This document shows, in pieces, positions 19,843-28,967 of a stretch of DNA of 64,000 bases. Positions within the stretch are counted from its first letter, which is position 1; each line of letters begins with the position of its first letter. The DNA lies in the NCBI GenBank assembly GCA_963740355.1, contig CAVUDW010000002.1:1664001-1728000 (forward strand), in the 5' to 3' direction. Under the pieces are notes generated by a model. The model saw only the letters and a list, made by a program, of their open reading frames with translations, did no database searches and had not been told where the DNA came from. This stretch comes from an uncultured Gemmatimonadaceae bacterium (GTDB lineage Bacteria; Gemmatimonadota; Gemmatimonadetes; Gemmatimonadales; Gemmatimonadaceae). The position numbers and the translations under genes were made by a program.

Positions 19843-21743
19843 ATTCGTTCACCGCCCGGCGTGCCTCGTCGATCGCAGCATCGGTGTACGAATACGCCGC
19901 CGCGTCGGCATTCGCGATCGCAATCCGCCCCAGTGGCTGGCGCGCGGCCACACACGGCTGCTCGCCGCCCGCGAGCCAGAACGGGTCGGCGAGGGAGTTG
20001 TACTGGTATGCGTATCCATGCGGCCACCGATTGACGGTGATACCGAGGATGTCCGCCGCTGGATCGAATCCGCCCGCGCCGAACATCCGGCCGAGCTGGT
20101 CGCGAATGCTACGCTCGATCGTCTCGAACGGTGTCGCAAGCAACTCCGCGCGGCCGACTGTGTGTTGCATCGGCCCCGGCAACCCAGGCTTGCATGCCGA
20201 CCGATTCATATGGAGCACCACCGGTTCGGTGGGCGACTTGCTGTGGACGTAGTCACCGATGCTGACTGGGGTATCGAGGCTAGTCGAGGAGTGCCACAGG
20301 CCGGGACTCGAGACACTGCTCACCTTCAGAGCCTGCATCGCGGTCCACTGACGCACGAAGACGTTGGTGTACACCAGCGGAACCTTCTTCGCATACCTGA
20401 GCGCCGCACGTTGCGGCTCGGCGAGATCAGGGCAGATGTGCGGAATGACATGATGCCAGCAGGCCAGCACGACGCGGCTGGCACTCGCGCGTTGCAGTCG
20501 TCCGTCGCGCATGTAGAGCACATCGACCGCGGTGGCGCCGTCGATCGGACCGTCGTGCGCGACCCTGCACGACGGTCGAATCAAGTCGCACCCGGGTGCG
20601 GGACGACGTGACGTCAAGCCTGCCATAGTCGATGCGCGCCGACACGACGTCATCGGCCGTCGATCCCGGAACAGCATCCGGAATCAGTCGCCGCATCAGC
20701 AGCCTCGCGATGGTCGCATTGCCATCGGGGAAGTGAAAGAAGTACGCATCCGCCTCGGCGCTGCGCATCGAGTCGTAGTTCTGGCCAACACCGTCGACAT
20801 CATCGAGCTTCATGCCCTGGAAGCCGGGCAGGCCGAGTCCAAATGCATCCTGCGCGGGTACGGCGTCGACGCCGAAGCCGAACAGCGTATGCGTCCGGGT
20901 CTGGTAGATGCCCAGGACGTGTGGGTCGAGTCCCCAGACCGTCGTGACGAAGTCGGTGTAACTCATTCGCGCGAGGCGACCCTTCTTCTCTGCCGAACTC
21001 AGTTCAGGCCATGGATCGCGCTGCTCGGTGTTGAGCAGCATGATCTGCGCCTGGATCTCCGCCGGCAGGGGAGTTCGGGCGAGGAACTCGGCATTCGCGG
21101 CGCGCGCGGATCCTGTCACGAGGCGATCGTCGCCGAAGGTCTCACGGTCGAAGAACGTCGCAGGTCCGAGTCCGAGCGACGAGTAGCGATCGCGATCGAG
21201 TACCGATGCATATCGTGACACGTCGATGCCCAGCTCTGTGATCAGCGCCTTGGCCTCGGGCGAATACGGTCGGGGGCTTTCGATCGACTGGGTGCCGCCA
21301 TATCCGATCCAGGTGCGATTGTCGTGCGTGAACTCGTTTCGCTTGGCGTGCCCGCCGAAGTCGTCGTGGTTGTCGAGCACCAGGATGCGCGACTCGGCAC
21401 CAGCCTGCTGCCTGAAGTAGTGCGCGGCCGCCAGCCCGCTGATGCCAGCGCCGACCACGATCAGGTCGTAGTGCTCACGGGTGTCGAGGGCTCGGCCGAG
21501 CGATAGGGCGCCATCGCGCAACTGGTGCGCCGCCTCGAACGAACCGGCATGATCACCGCGCAGGCCGGTGAGTGCGGGCGGGTACAGCTCACCCACATAC
21601 GCGGCTGAGTTGAGCCGCTGCGCGCCAGCCTCGCGAGAGTTGAGCAGCGAGCCGACGCCGAGGCCGACCGCGACGGTGCCGACGAAGTCCCGCCGGCTGA
21701 TGTTGCGGAACATGCCAAGCTCGCGATCGCGTGAAGCGGACAT
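19832..21743 (-). pseudogene. Tat-exported FAD oxidoreductase, spermidine dehydrogenase (SpdH)-like; frameshift near 20563-20567
   Basis: SRRDFV Tat motif, VVGAGISG, DNHDDFGGHAKRNEF, FPDGN; continues in another frame with VLACW, ITVNRWPHGYAY. Confidence 0.85.
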
Positions 21744-21800
21744 GGGGCGAAGCGTAGCGGAGCGCGCACGGGGCAGGGAGTGGCATGACCACCGCGGGCC

Positions 21801-21935
21801 AATCCGGTGACAGTGCACTCATTCGCGAGAATTGAGTGCACTGTCACCGGATTTCGCGCGGCGCGATCAGGGGTCTCGAGCCGCAGGCTGAATGCGCGCA
21901 GGCACTGGACCGAGCACCTGCCCGTACGAGCCCGG
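21801..21935. repeat. Palindrome family A, copy 5, plus a degenerate copy of the 3' end of gene 23255-24751
   Basis: 21-bp arms 21801-21821 / 21833-21853; 21805-21874 identical to 23193-23262 (70 bp), similarity continues to 21935 / 23323. Confidence 0.95.
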
Positions 21936-22095
21936 GTGCTCAATCTCAGAAACACGCCACTAGCCATCCGCGTCGACGTCCAACAGCTTCACGGCACTCG
22001 AATCGCACGCGACAGCGGGGCATGTTCGCGGGAATCGATGCCCTGGACTTCACAGTCGGCTCTGGGGCCACTCGATTCGGACTCCCGAGGCTCGC

Positions 22096-22452
22096 GTGAC
22101 GAACACGGACCATGGCGTTGATGCGGCTGTCGTCGACCGGACGAGCAGTCTGCTCACTCGGCTGGGCTTTTTGTACCTGTCGAGTGTCGCCGCACTCGTC
22201 ACCCTCGCCTACGAAGCCTTCGTCACATTGGCGAGCATGATGCCTGGCAGGCCGGCTCCGCTCTGGCAATACCTGCTTGGCTACGGCGTCGGACTGATCG
22301 GCGTGCTGATCTCATGGTTCGCTGGCAAGGCGTATCTCCGATCCTGCCGCGGAGCCAACATGCCACCCGCTCGCTTCGCAGTGCGGTGGCTGGGAGGCCC
22401 GCTCGCGCTGGTGGCATTCACAGGATTGGCGTTCGTCGTCCTGCGCTCCTGA
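22096..22452 (+). CDS. Small membrane protein, ~3 TM, unknown function
   Basis: GTG start, three hydrophobic segments. Confidence 0.65.
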   Translation: MTNTDHGVDAAVVDRTSSLLTRLGFLYLSSVAALVTLAYEAFVTLASMMPGRPAPLWQYLLGYGVGLIGVLISWFAGKAYLRSCRGANMPPARFAVRWLGGPLALVAFTGLAFVVLRS

Positions 22453-22560
22453 TCGCTGCGCCGCTGCAATTCGCAGCCGGCACACCATTGCGCAGCCAAG
22501 TGCTGTGCGCGAGATCACCACACGGTGCCGCAACCATGGCATCGGCAACCCACCCGACCC

Positions 22561-23088
22561 ATGCGTTCTCGCCTGCTCATCCCGTCGTTCGTCATGATCA
22601 TCACCGCGAGTGCTGCGACAGCGGCGGGCGCGCAGACCGTTCCAGCGGGATGGCGTGCAATGCTGCGCTCGAGTCCTGAGGAGGAAAGCGTGTACCTCGA
22701 CGTCCAGAGTCCGCTCTCGGCTCTGCTGACGGTGCGGGAATCGGGCAGGACGACCATCGACGCGCCGACGCTGGGTGAGTGGCTGACGCGAATCACGCAG
22801 GCCGACCCGGCGCCGGGTGGCGGGCGCTGGAGCGAACCGGGGTCGGTCACGTCGAGAGACGCGAACACAGCGATTCTCGTCCGTACCTTCTCCTGGCGCG
22901 CCGGTAACGGCGTGGTGCAGTATGGCGCGACGAGCCGCGACGGCAAGCAGGGCCGCGTGATACGGCTCGTGTTCGGCACACGGGCAGCGGTCGACGGACC
23001 ACGCGGCGTGTTGGCACGCAACCTGTTCGGCGAGTTGATGCAGGCCGAGTTGAACGCCGGGGCTGCTGCGCCGGCTCCCAAGAAGTAG
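22561..23088 (+). CDS. Secreted hypothetical protein
   Basis: Signal peptide ending AGA-QTVPAGW. Confidence 0.65.
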   Translation: MRSRLLIPSFVMIITASAATAAGAQTVPAGWRAMLRSSPEEESVYLDVQSPLSALLTVRESGRTTIDAPTLGEWLTRITQADPAPGGGRWSEPGSVTSRDANTAILVRTFSWRAGNGVVQYGATSRDGKQGRVIRLVFGTRAAVDGPRGVLARNLFGELMQAELNAGAAAPAPKK

Positions 23089-23104
23089 TGCTTCGTCGCG
23101 TCGC

Positions 23105-23240
23105 ATTCCGGTGACAGTGCACTGATTGCGCGCCGCTACGAATACTGTTCGGGGCAAATCGGTGACGGGGCAAATCGGTGACAGGGGCAAATCGGTGACA
23201 GTGCACTCATTCGCGAGAATTGAGTGCACTGTCACCGGAT
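23105..23240. repeat. Family A half-site, triple tandem end duplication and palindrome copy 6
   Basis: attccggtgacagtgcact at 23105; ggggcaaatcggtgac(a) x3 at 23151-23200; arms 23193-23209 / 23221-23237. Confidence 0.95.
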
Positions 23241-23254
23241 TTCGCGCGGCGCGA

Positions 23255-24751
23255 TCAGGGGTTCTCGAGCCGCAGGCTGAACGCGCGAAGGTCTGGACCG
23301 AGCACCTGGCCACACGAGCCCGGATGGTCCGGCTCCCACTCGACTGTCGCCGTCTCGCTCGGCGTGCCGTTCTCCAGCCGAGCGACTCGCAGCGCGGTAC
23401 GCACGCCACCGCGCACACGTGTGGCGCGCGCAGTGTAGACGCCGTGGGGGATGTCGGTGAGCCGACTGTTCCATCCCGCGCTGTTGTAGCGCACGGTGCG
23501 CGTGATCACTTCGCCCGCGCTGCCGTCGACGAGTGGTCCCTGAGGCACGAGCGCGACTTCCACGTCGTCACCGTTCTCCAGCACGGGGTTGTAGAAGTCC
23601 GACGACGCCACCAGCACCAGCGTCGCGCCGAAGTAGTTGTTCCCGGCGTCGGGGATGCGGCCAGTGAGCTTCCAGCGGAAGTCGCGCACCACGCCGGGGC
23701 CGGGCACGAACGCGTCGTAGTCGCCAGTGTTCGGCATGCCAAGTCGCACGCAGTAGGATCGTCCCGCGTATTCGACTTCGTGCCACGCCTGGACCAGGTG
23801 CGACAGCCCGGCGGGCAATCCGCGAACGGCGTAGCGACCATCGGCACCGGTGCGCGTGCGCACCACGTTCGGGTTCCAGACCATCTTGACCTGCACCATC
23901 ACGTTCGCGAGCGGCTGTCCTCGCGAGTCGAGTGCGACGCCGGTGAGGTCGTCTGGCGTGGGCGTGGGCGTGGGTGTTGGCGGCGGCGCAGCGGCGACGC
24001 GGACCACGACGACGGTGCTCACTGGCGCGAGCCCATCGGCGACACCGGTCAGCGTGATCGCGTAGTCGCCTGCGCCGACCGAGGCTGCGGCCTGAACGCC
24101 GATCGTTGCGGCCGGCCCGGCGATCGGCCCGTTCGCCAGCATAATGGTCATTCCCGCCGGCGCGCCCGCTGCACCGAACGTGACGTTGCCGGTGAAGTCG
24201 GTGCGTGCAATGGCGATGGTGGCGAATGTCGTGGCGCCGCCTGCGACAACTGCCAGTGGCGACGGCGTGACTGCGAGTGTGAAGCGCCCGACGGGCGGTG
24301 CGGGTGCGGGCGTGACGCGCAACACGATCGTAGCGTTCGCGTTGGCGCCGCCTCCAGCACCGGTGATGGTCACGGCGTGGTCACCTGTCGGCGTTGTGGG
24401 TGTGGTGACGAGAGTGACGACGCTCGCGCTGAGGTCCGACGGCAGCGTTGCAGGTTCGAGCGTCGTGGCGATACCAGTCGCACCGCCAGCGGCGAGTGAT
24501 ACGGCGGCGTTGTGCCCGCCTCTGGCGACAGTGACGGTCGTGACAGCGGTCTGGCCTTGTTCGACTGTCACGATCGCGGGTGCGGCCGTGATTGCGAGGG
24601 TGGGCGCGGGCGGTGGGGGATTGCTCGGCGCGGCCGGGCTGTCTGCGCCGCCGCCGCAGGCGGAGAGCAATGCGGTGATGGCAGCGGCGAGCAGGGTGTA
24701 CCGTGCGCGCCGGGAGCGAGGCGCGCTTGGGGGGAGACGAGTGGAGGACAT
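23255..24751 (-). CDS. Surface lipoprotein: two Ig-like repeats, PT linker, carboxypeptidase-regulatory-like domain
   Basis: Lipobox LSAC-GGG; repeated GDHAVTITG / GDYAITLTG; LTGVALDSRGQPLANV...TRTGADGRY. Confidence 0.8.
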   Translation of the reverse strand: MSSTRLPPSAPRSRRARYTLLAAAITALLSACGGGADSPAAPSNPPPPAPTLAITAAPAIVTVEQGQTAVTTVTVARGGHNAAVSLAAGGATGIATTLEPATLPSDLSASVVTLVTTPTTPTGDHAVTITGAGGGANANATIVLRVTPAPAPPVGRFTLAVTPSPLAVVAGGATTFATIAIARTDFTGNVTFGAAGAPAGMTIMLANGPIAGPAATIGVQAAASVGAGDYAITLTGVADGLAPVSTVVVVRVAAAPPPTPTPTPTPDDLTGVALDSRGQPLANVMVQVKMVWNPNVVRTRTGADGRYAVRGLPAGLSHLVQAWHEVEYAGRSYCVRLGMPNTGDYDAFVPGPGVVRDFRWKLTGRIPDAGNNYFGATLVLVASSDFYNPVLENGDDVEVALVPQGPLVDGSAGEVITRTVRYNSAGWNSRLTDIPHGVYTARATRVRGGVRTALRVARLENGTPSETATVEWEPDHPGSCGQVLGPDLRAFSLRLENP

Positions 24752-25003
24752 CGTGGTGGGGGCCGAGAGTGATGGCGCGCTGGCATGAGTGCCGGGGGAT
24801 GCGCTATCACTTTCGTGTGATCAGGCCCTGGTGGGCATGAGTCGTTCGACCCCATTTCGCTCAAGTCACTGCCACGACGTTTTCACGGCACCTCGCACCG
24901 GTCGCCAACGCCTGGAAGCACGGCCACAAGTAGAGCGTGTTGCTTCGGCGCAGGCCCCGAAGCGCTGCGCCGATGGTGAGCTGGGAGCGGCCTCGCGCGA
25001 CGA

Positions 25004-25663
25004 CTACTCGAAGAGCGCGGAAGGAAGTTCCAGTTGCCAGTCGACTTGGGCGCGTGCGCCGCCTAGACCCGACCGGACCTTTTCAAGGATAGAATTTCGG
25101 TGAGCGGCACCCACCAGAAACACGCCGGTCGCGAGCTCGCTGTCTGCAGCAAAAGCGGCGATGTTGGCGAGCATCACCCTATCGCGCAGGTCGTTCTTCT
25201 CTATCCATGAGTCGTAGACAGGATGGAGCTCCGTCGCGCGAAGGTACTCGATCGACGCGCGTACTTCGTTGTGCAGGTTCAGGCATGCCTGCACGCATTC
25301 CTCACTGTTCAGATAGCGCAGGCCGCCCGTCCTGACCGCTGCGCTGTGGCTGTCGCAAAGGTTTCGATAATCTCGGCTGACACGCTCGACGCGATCGAAC
25401 ACTACTTTTGTCGACCGAAAGAACTGCTCGTCAGGCTCGTCGTGGTCGACTGCAACCACGACGATTGGGTGCCGCGTCGCAAAATCCGCAACAGCGAGCG
25501 ATTCGAGGTTGCCGTGGGAGCCATCGGTGTACTGCTTGGCCTTCTCCTTCGGAATCTCGGCAAAGACGACTCGGGGCTTCAGCCGTTCAAGAAGCGCTAC
25601 GAGTGCTTCGCTGGTTGCGCGACCGCTGTCGCCGTGCACGGTGCTGATCAGGGTGACGTGCAT
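25004..25663 (-). CDS. Hypothetical protein, possibly TraB/GumN (Tiki) superfamily
   Basis: LISTVH, PRVVFAE, RDRVMLANI, FLVGAAH; looks less GC-rich than the host genes. Confidence 0.6.
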   Translation of the reverse strand: MHVTLISTVHGDSGRATSEALVALLERLKPRVVFAEIPKEKAKQYTDGSHGNLESLAVADFATRHPIVVVAVDHDEPDEQFFRSTKVVFDRVERVSRDYRNLCDSHSAAVRTGGLRYLNSEECVQACLNLHNEVRASIEYLRATELHPVYDSWIEKNDLRDRVMLANIAAFAADSELATGVFLVGAAHRNSILEKVRSGLGGARAQVDWQLELPSALFE

Positions 25664-25772
25664 CTGCGAATTGCGGGAATAGTGTGTCTCTCACCACGAT
25701 GGCGTTGGCCGTTCGTTCTTCGGACTACCTGATGCAGCAGTACAAGAAGCGCGAGCTGTCGCGGCGCGTGCG

Positions 25773-25943
25773 CCCGAGCACGGTGTCCATTTCCCACTGC
25801 CCGATGCGTGAGCGATTCGTCGCCCCCGCTGGCCGCGCCGAGCTGTGACGTTTCCCGGCGAGCCGCTCGCGACTGTCGTACTTCCTGTAGCGTTTGCGAA
25901 TGCGCTTGTTAGCGCGGCGAAGATGCACATGCAACGTCGGCAT
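25773..25943 (-). mobile_element. IS30-family transposase remnant
   Basis: RKRYRKYDSRERLAGKRHSSARP....RSRIGQWEMDTVLG matches the IS30 RP...R...GHWE.DTV motif; both ends missing. Confidence 0.75.
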
Positions 25944-25980
25944 TGACGACCCCGACGTGACACCGTGTCACCGCCGTACC

Positions 25981-27336
25981 TCACCACGATCGCGGCACGC
26001 TCACCGTATCGGCTCGCGTCAGCCTGATCCGCAGCGATTTCCCGCTCCGCACCAGCATCGTGTCAGCGGACCATTCGCCCGCATCGTCGAGGCGAAGCGT
26101 GAGTGGTATCGTCGGCTGACCATCTGCGCGTGTCATCACGAGACGAATACGTGCCATCATGGCGCTGTCCAGCGCGGATCGCGGCGGTATGTAAGCCTCG
26201 AGCGCTGGCCAGATCGAAGCGGGTGCAGATCGCAGCTTGAAGACGAGCTCCGCCTGCAACACGCGCACGACTTCATTGGTGGGCATTCCCGGCCGATCGG
26301 TTGACGCGAGCCAAACGAGCTTCGCCGGATTGTCTCGCGTCGTTGGCGTCGCCGCAGCAGGCAGCGACATGCGATCGTCAGCAGCGTATCCGACGAGGTT
26401 GTAAGCAGCATACGGTGCGCGCACGATCTCCGTGGTGCTGCGCACACTGTCCGGCCCTTCCCACCGGTACGCGGGCTTGTCAACGGTACGAAACCACCAC
26501 GTTGCAGTGGAATCATCGGCGGTCATTGTGACGCGATAGCTGCCCCGCAACCGGCTGGGCCTTGTCGCGATGCGTTCCATGTCATGCTTCAGGATCGCTG
26601 AGCGAAGCAGTCGCCGGATCGGCTCACGCTCGCTCTGCTCAGCGTGGGCGCGAGCCCATGCGAGCATGTTCGCATCCGACACGGAGTCGGCCAGCCCCGG
26701 TCCGAAGTCGTCAGGGCTCGCGCTGGGATTCGACACGGTGAAATCGAACAACGCCTCCGGCGAGGACACCAGTTCTCGTGACGCGGCCGGCGCGAAGCGC
26801 ATCAGCAATCCCTGTTTACGCGGAAATGGATAGTTCCAGGTATCCGGGATCACGAGCACCGGGACATTGTTGAGCCACGCCTCGCGCGGCGCCAGTGTCG
26901 CGACGATGTAGCCGATGTCGCCGCGGCGCACCCAGGCGACGGTGTCGTTCCACACCAGCGCGCGACAGTCGGCGCCGTAGGGCCGCGCCTGGATGTACGC
27001 CGTTGGTTCACTGTCACGGATGCCCGCGGCTGCAAACTCGGCACGCGTGGCGGAATCGAGTCGAGTGAGACGCACGCGGGCCGACGGCATCGGAGTGTCC
27101 GGTCCGGCAACCGGTGGTGCACCGGGACGCGCGGGTGGTGTCGAGAACGACATCGCCTTCAGCCGACTGATCACGAGCGGCAGCGTCGTATCCAGCTCGA
27201 CGCGCACCACGGCCTTCACGCTGCCGGGCGCCAACGTGCAGCGCGCTCGTTCAACACCGTGCGCCGGCGCGTCCATCGCGGCACGCAACGTCAGCGCGAG
27301 CGCCGGAAGAATCGCCAGCGGGATCGGGAGCTTCAT
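25981..27336 (-). CDS. Secreted hypothetical protein
   Basis: 451-aa ORF with N-terminal signal peptide; no family recognised. Confidence 0.7.
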   Translation of the reverse strand: MKLPIPLAILPALALTLRAAMDAPAHGVERARCTLAPGSVKAVVRVELDTTLPLVISRLKAMSFSTPPARPGAPPVAGPDTPMPSARVRLTRLDSATRAEFAAAGIRDSEPTAYIQARPYGADCRALVWNDTVAWVRRGDIGYIVATLAPREAWLNNVPVLVIPDTWNYPFPRKQGLLMRFAPAASRELVSSPEALFDFTVSNPSASPDDFGPGLADSVSDANMLAWARAHAEQSEREPIRRLLRSAILKHDMERIATRPSRLRGSYRVTMTADDSTATWWFRTVDKPAYRWEGPDSVRSTTEIVRAPYAAYNLVGYAADDRMSLPAAATPTTRDNPAKLVWLASTDRPGMPTNEVVRVLQAELVFKLRSAPASIWPALEAYIPPRSALDSAMMARIRLVMTRADGQPTIPLTLRLDDAGEWSADTMLVRSGKSLRIRLTRADTVSVPRSW

Positions 27337-27375
27337 GAGGGTCTCGCCTGATTTCGTTGCGGTTCAAAGTTGACT

Positions 27376-28380
27376 TCAGACGCCCCGCGCCACTTTTGCA
27401 ACCCAGCCGAGCAAGCCATCGTAGTCTTTGCCGTCGACGCGCGCGTTCGCCATCATAAACTCTTTTGCACCTCGCGTGAACGTCGAGGTGGTGACAAGAA
27501 CTCCCTTGTTTGCCTGATGTGAATCACTCGCAACCGTACCAAGCAGCGACCTCATGGTTTCTAGGCCGACTTTATTCTTGTTCGCGTACTGCTTGCACTC
27601 GAAGTAAATGATCAACGGAATACCTGCTACTGTGTGGCTGGCCACAATGTCTTTGCCGCCGTCACGGCTTCTTGGGGTCAGCTGTACGTCTTCAAACCCC
27701 AAACGCGAGAGCAGATCAGCGATGAACTCCTCGAACTGCCGCGGTGAGATACTTCGAACCTCTGAAGGATTGCGAAGAATTCTTGAAAGGACGTCGAGCG
27801 GAAGCCGCGCTGCCGTGACAAAGCTTCTTGGCTCAGTGCGAACTAGGTCAATCGTTTCCAGTTCGATTGCATCGATGTCGTCAGCGGTCGGGTCCGCGAT
27901 CGTGACCGGGCTAATCAGCGCAATTGCTTGCAGCTGGGCGGCAAGTCGCTCCGAAAAACGGTTCGTCGCTGCATTGCTTTCTTGAATCTGACGTAGAAGC
28001 TCTGTGTCGATCACGGCTCGGCTGAGCCGCGCGCTTTCCGCGATATTACGAATCGCAAGCTGTGCGCGTGAGTCTCCAGTCGCGATCAGACCAAGATTCT
28101 GCTGCAATATGGAAATGCCTTGTACTGCGTTCCACAGCGCGCCACGCGGCTGAACGTTTGAGTTGCGAGCCAGAGAGATCTTAAGCTGAAGCGCGGCCAC
28201 GCTGTCGGCGGCAAGTCGTGCTGCGGCTTCAATGCTACGATAACGCGCGGCGTCGTGCATTCGGAGAGATTCCGCGAGCGGTGCCACGGCGTCGTGCTGT
28301 GGTCCCATCAACTTCTTCTGGGACTCCATGCTCGCAAGGAGCGCTGCGGAACGCCTGATCGATTCCTCTATGCTCGACAT
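27376..28380 (-). CDS. Mrr-family (type IV-like) restriction endonuclease with an N-terminal helical extension
   Basis: SPRQFEEFIADLL...GF...LT..SRDGGKDI...ECKQY...VG...GVLVTTSTFTRGA; AT-richer codons; start 28380 chosen because the longer ORF overlaps the attC. Confidence 0.85.
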   Translation of the reverse strand: MSSIEESIRRSAALLASMESQKKLMGPQHDAVAPLAESLRMHDAARYRSIEAAARLAADSVAALQLKISLARNSNVQPRGALWNAVQGISILQQNLGLIATGDSRAQLAIRNIAESARLSRAVIDTELLRQIQESNAATNRFSERLAAQLQAIALISPVTIADPTADDIDAIELETIDLVRTEPRSFVTAARLPLDVLSRILRNPSEVRSISPRQFEEFIADLLSRLGFEDVQLTPRSRDGGKDIVASHTVAGIPLIIYFECKQYANKNKVGLETMRSLLGTVASDSHQANKGVLVTTSTFTRGAKEFMMANARVDGKDYDGLLGWVAKVARGV

Positions 28381-28389
28381 GCCATGTGT

Positions 28390-28494
28390 GGCGAACGAAC
28401 GAACATGGTTCTGCTGCGAAGCGGCCAACCGACCGCTCTCCTGTTCACAATTCTCTGGCCGCTTCGTCAGCAGCAACCGGCGTTAGAGTGCCAC
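28390..28494 (-). other. Integron attC-like recombination site
   Basis: Minus strand: CTCTAAC-gccg-GTTGCTGC-tgacgaagcggcca...tggccgcttc-gca-GCAGAAC-cat-GTTC-GTTC-GTTCGCC; imperfect hairpin with two unpaired bases. Confidence 0.75.
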
Positions 28495-28515
28495 TCCGGT
28501 TCGGCGCGACGTAAC

Positions 28516-28950
28516 TCAGATGGTGAGCGGACTTGACAGCGATGTGTTCTCGCTGGCTTCCGCTTGCCGAATCCCTCGAAGCGTCAAAGTGCCTCGCCAA
28601 GCGTTGTAGAATGCGAGACACAGCAGACTGCCGAAGATGAGAATCACGAACGAACCCATTGTCAACACGCGAAAGACCACATTTCCGGCCGTGAGCACGC
28701 CGAGGATCTGTGCGGCAATGGGGCTCTGGTGTCGATACATCCACCAGCCGAGCGCGCAGTTGAAAGCCGCGCTCGCCTCAGCACGCCAGAACAGTCCCCA
28801 CTGGTCGGAGCTTACGGCAATGACTCCGAAGACCGCACCGGAGAACGACGCGCTTACCCACGCCGCGACTACTGCGATCTTGATTTGGCGCAGGGCGTGC
28901 TCGCGCAAAGCTCGGCGCGCACGGAGGTCCACAGGGACTGCTTCCTGCAT
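28516..28950 (-). CDS. 4-TM membrane protein; integron cassette gene
   Basis: Four hydrophobic helices; bounded by GTTAGAGAGCCAC upstream and GTGGCACTCTAAC downstream. Confidence 0.75.
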   Translation of the reverse strand: MQEAVPVDLRARRALREHALRQIKIAVVAAWVSASFSGAVFGVIAVSSDQWGLFWRAEASAAFNCALGWWMYRHQSPIAAQILGVLTAGNVVFRVLTMGSFVILIFGSLLCLAFYNAWRGTLTLRGIRQAEASENTSLSSPLTI

Positions 28951-28967
28951 GCGAAACCAAAGTTAGT

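Noticed and set aside
1741..23240. Family A repeats as a CRISPR array
   Set aside because: Spacing ranges from a few nt to kilobases, there are no uniform spacers, units form inverted pairs, and no cas genes are present.
21805..23323. Duplicated gene 3' end as a DGR template/variable repeat pair
   Set aside because: Differences are not adenine-specific, include indels and synonymous changes, and no reverse transcriptase is present.
24900..24975. Hairpin tcggcgcag/ctgcgccga and a nearby GTTGGCG as an attC
   Set aside because: No correctly placed inverse core; more likely an ordinary 3' hairpin.
25675..25717. AACGAAC and GTGAGAGACACAC (minus strand) as a second attC closing the Mrr cassette
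   Set aside because: There is no hairpin or L boxes between them, and a 7-mer match within ~3 kb can arise by chance.
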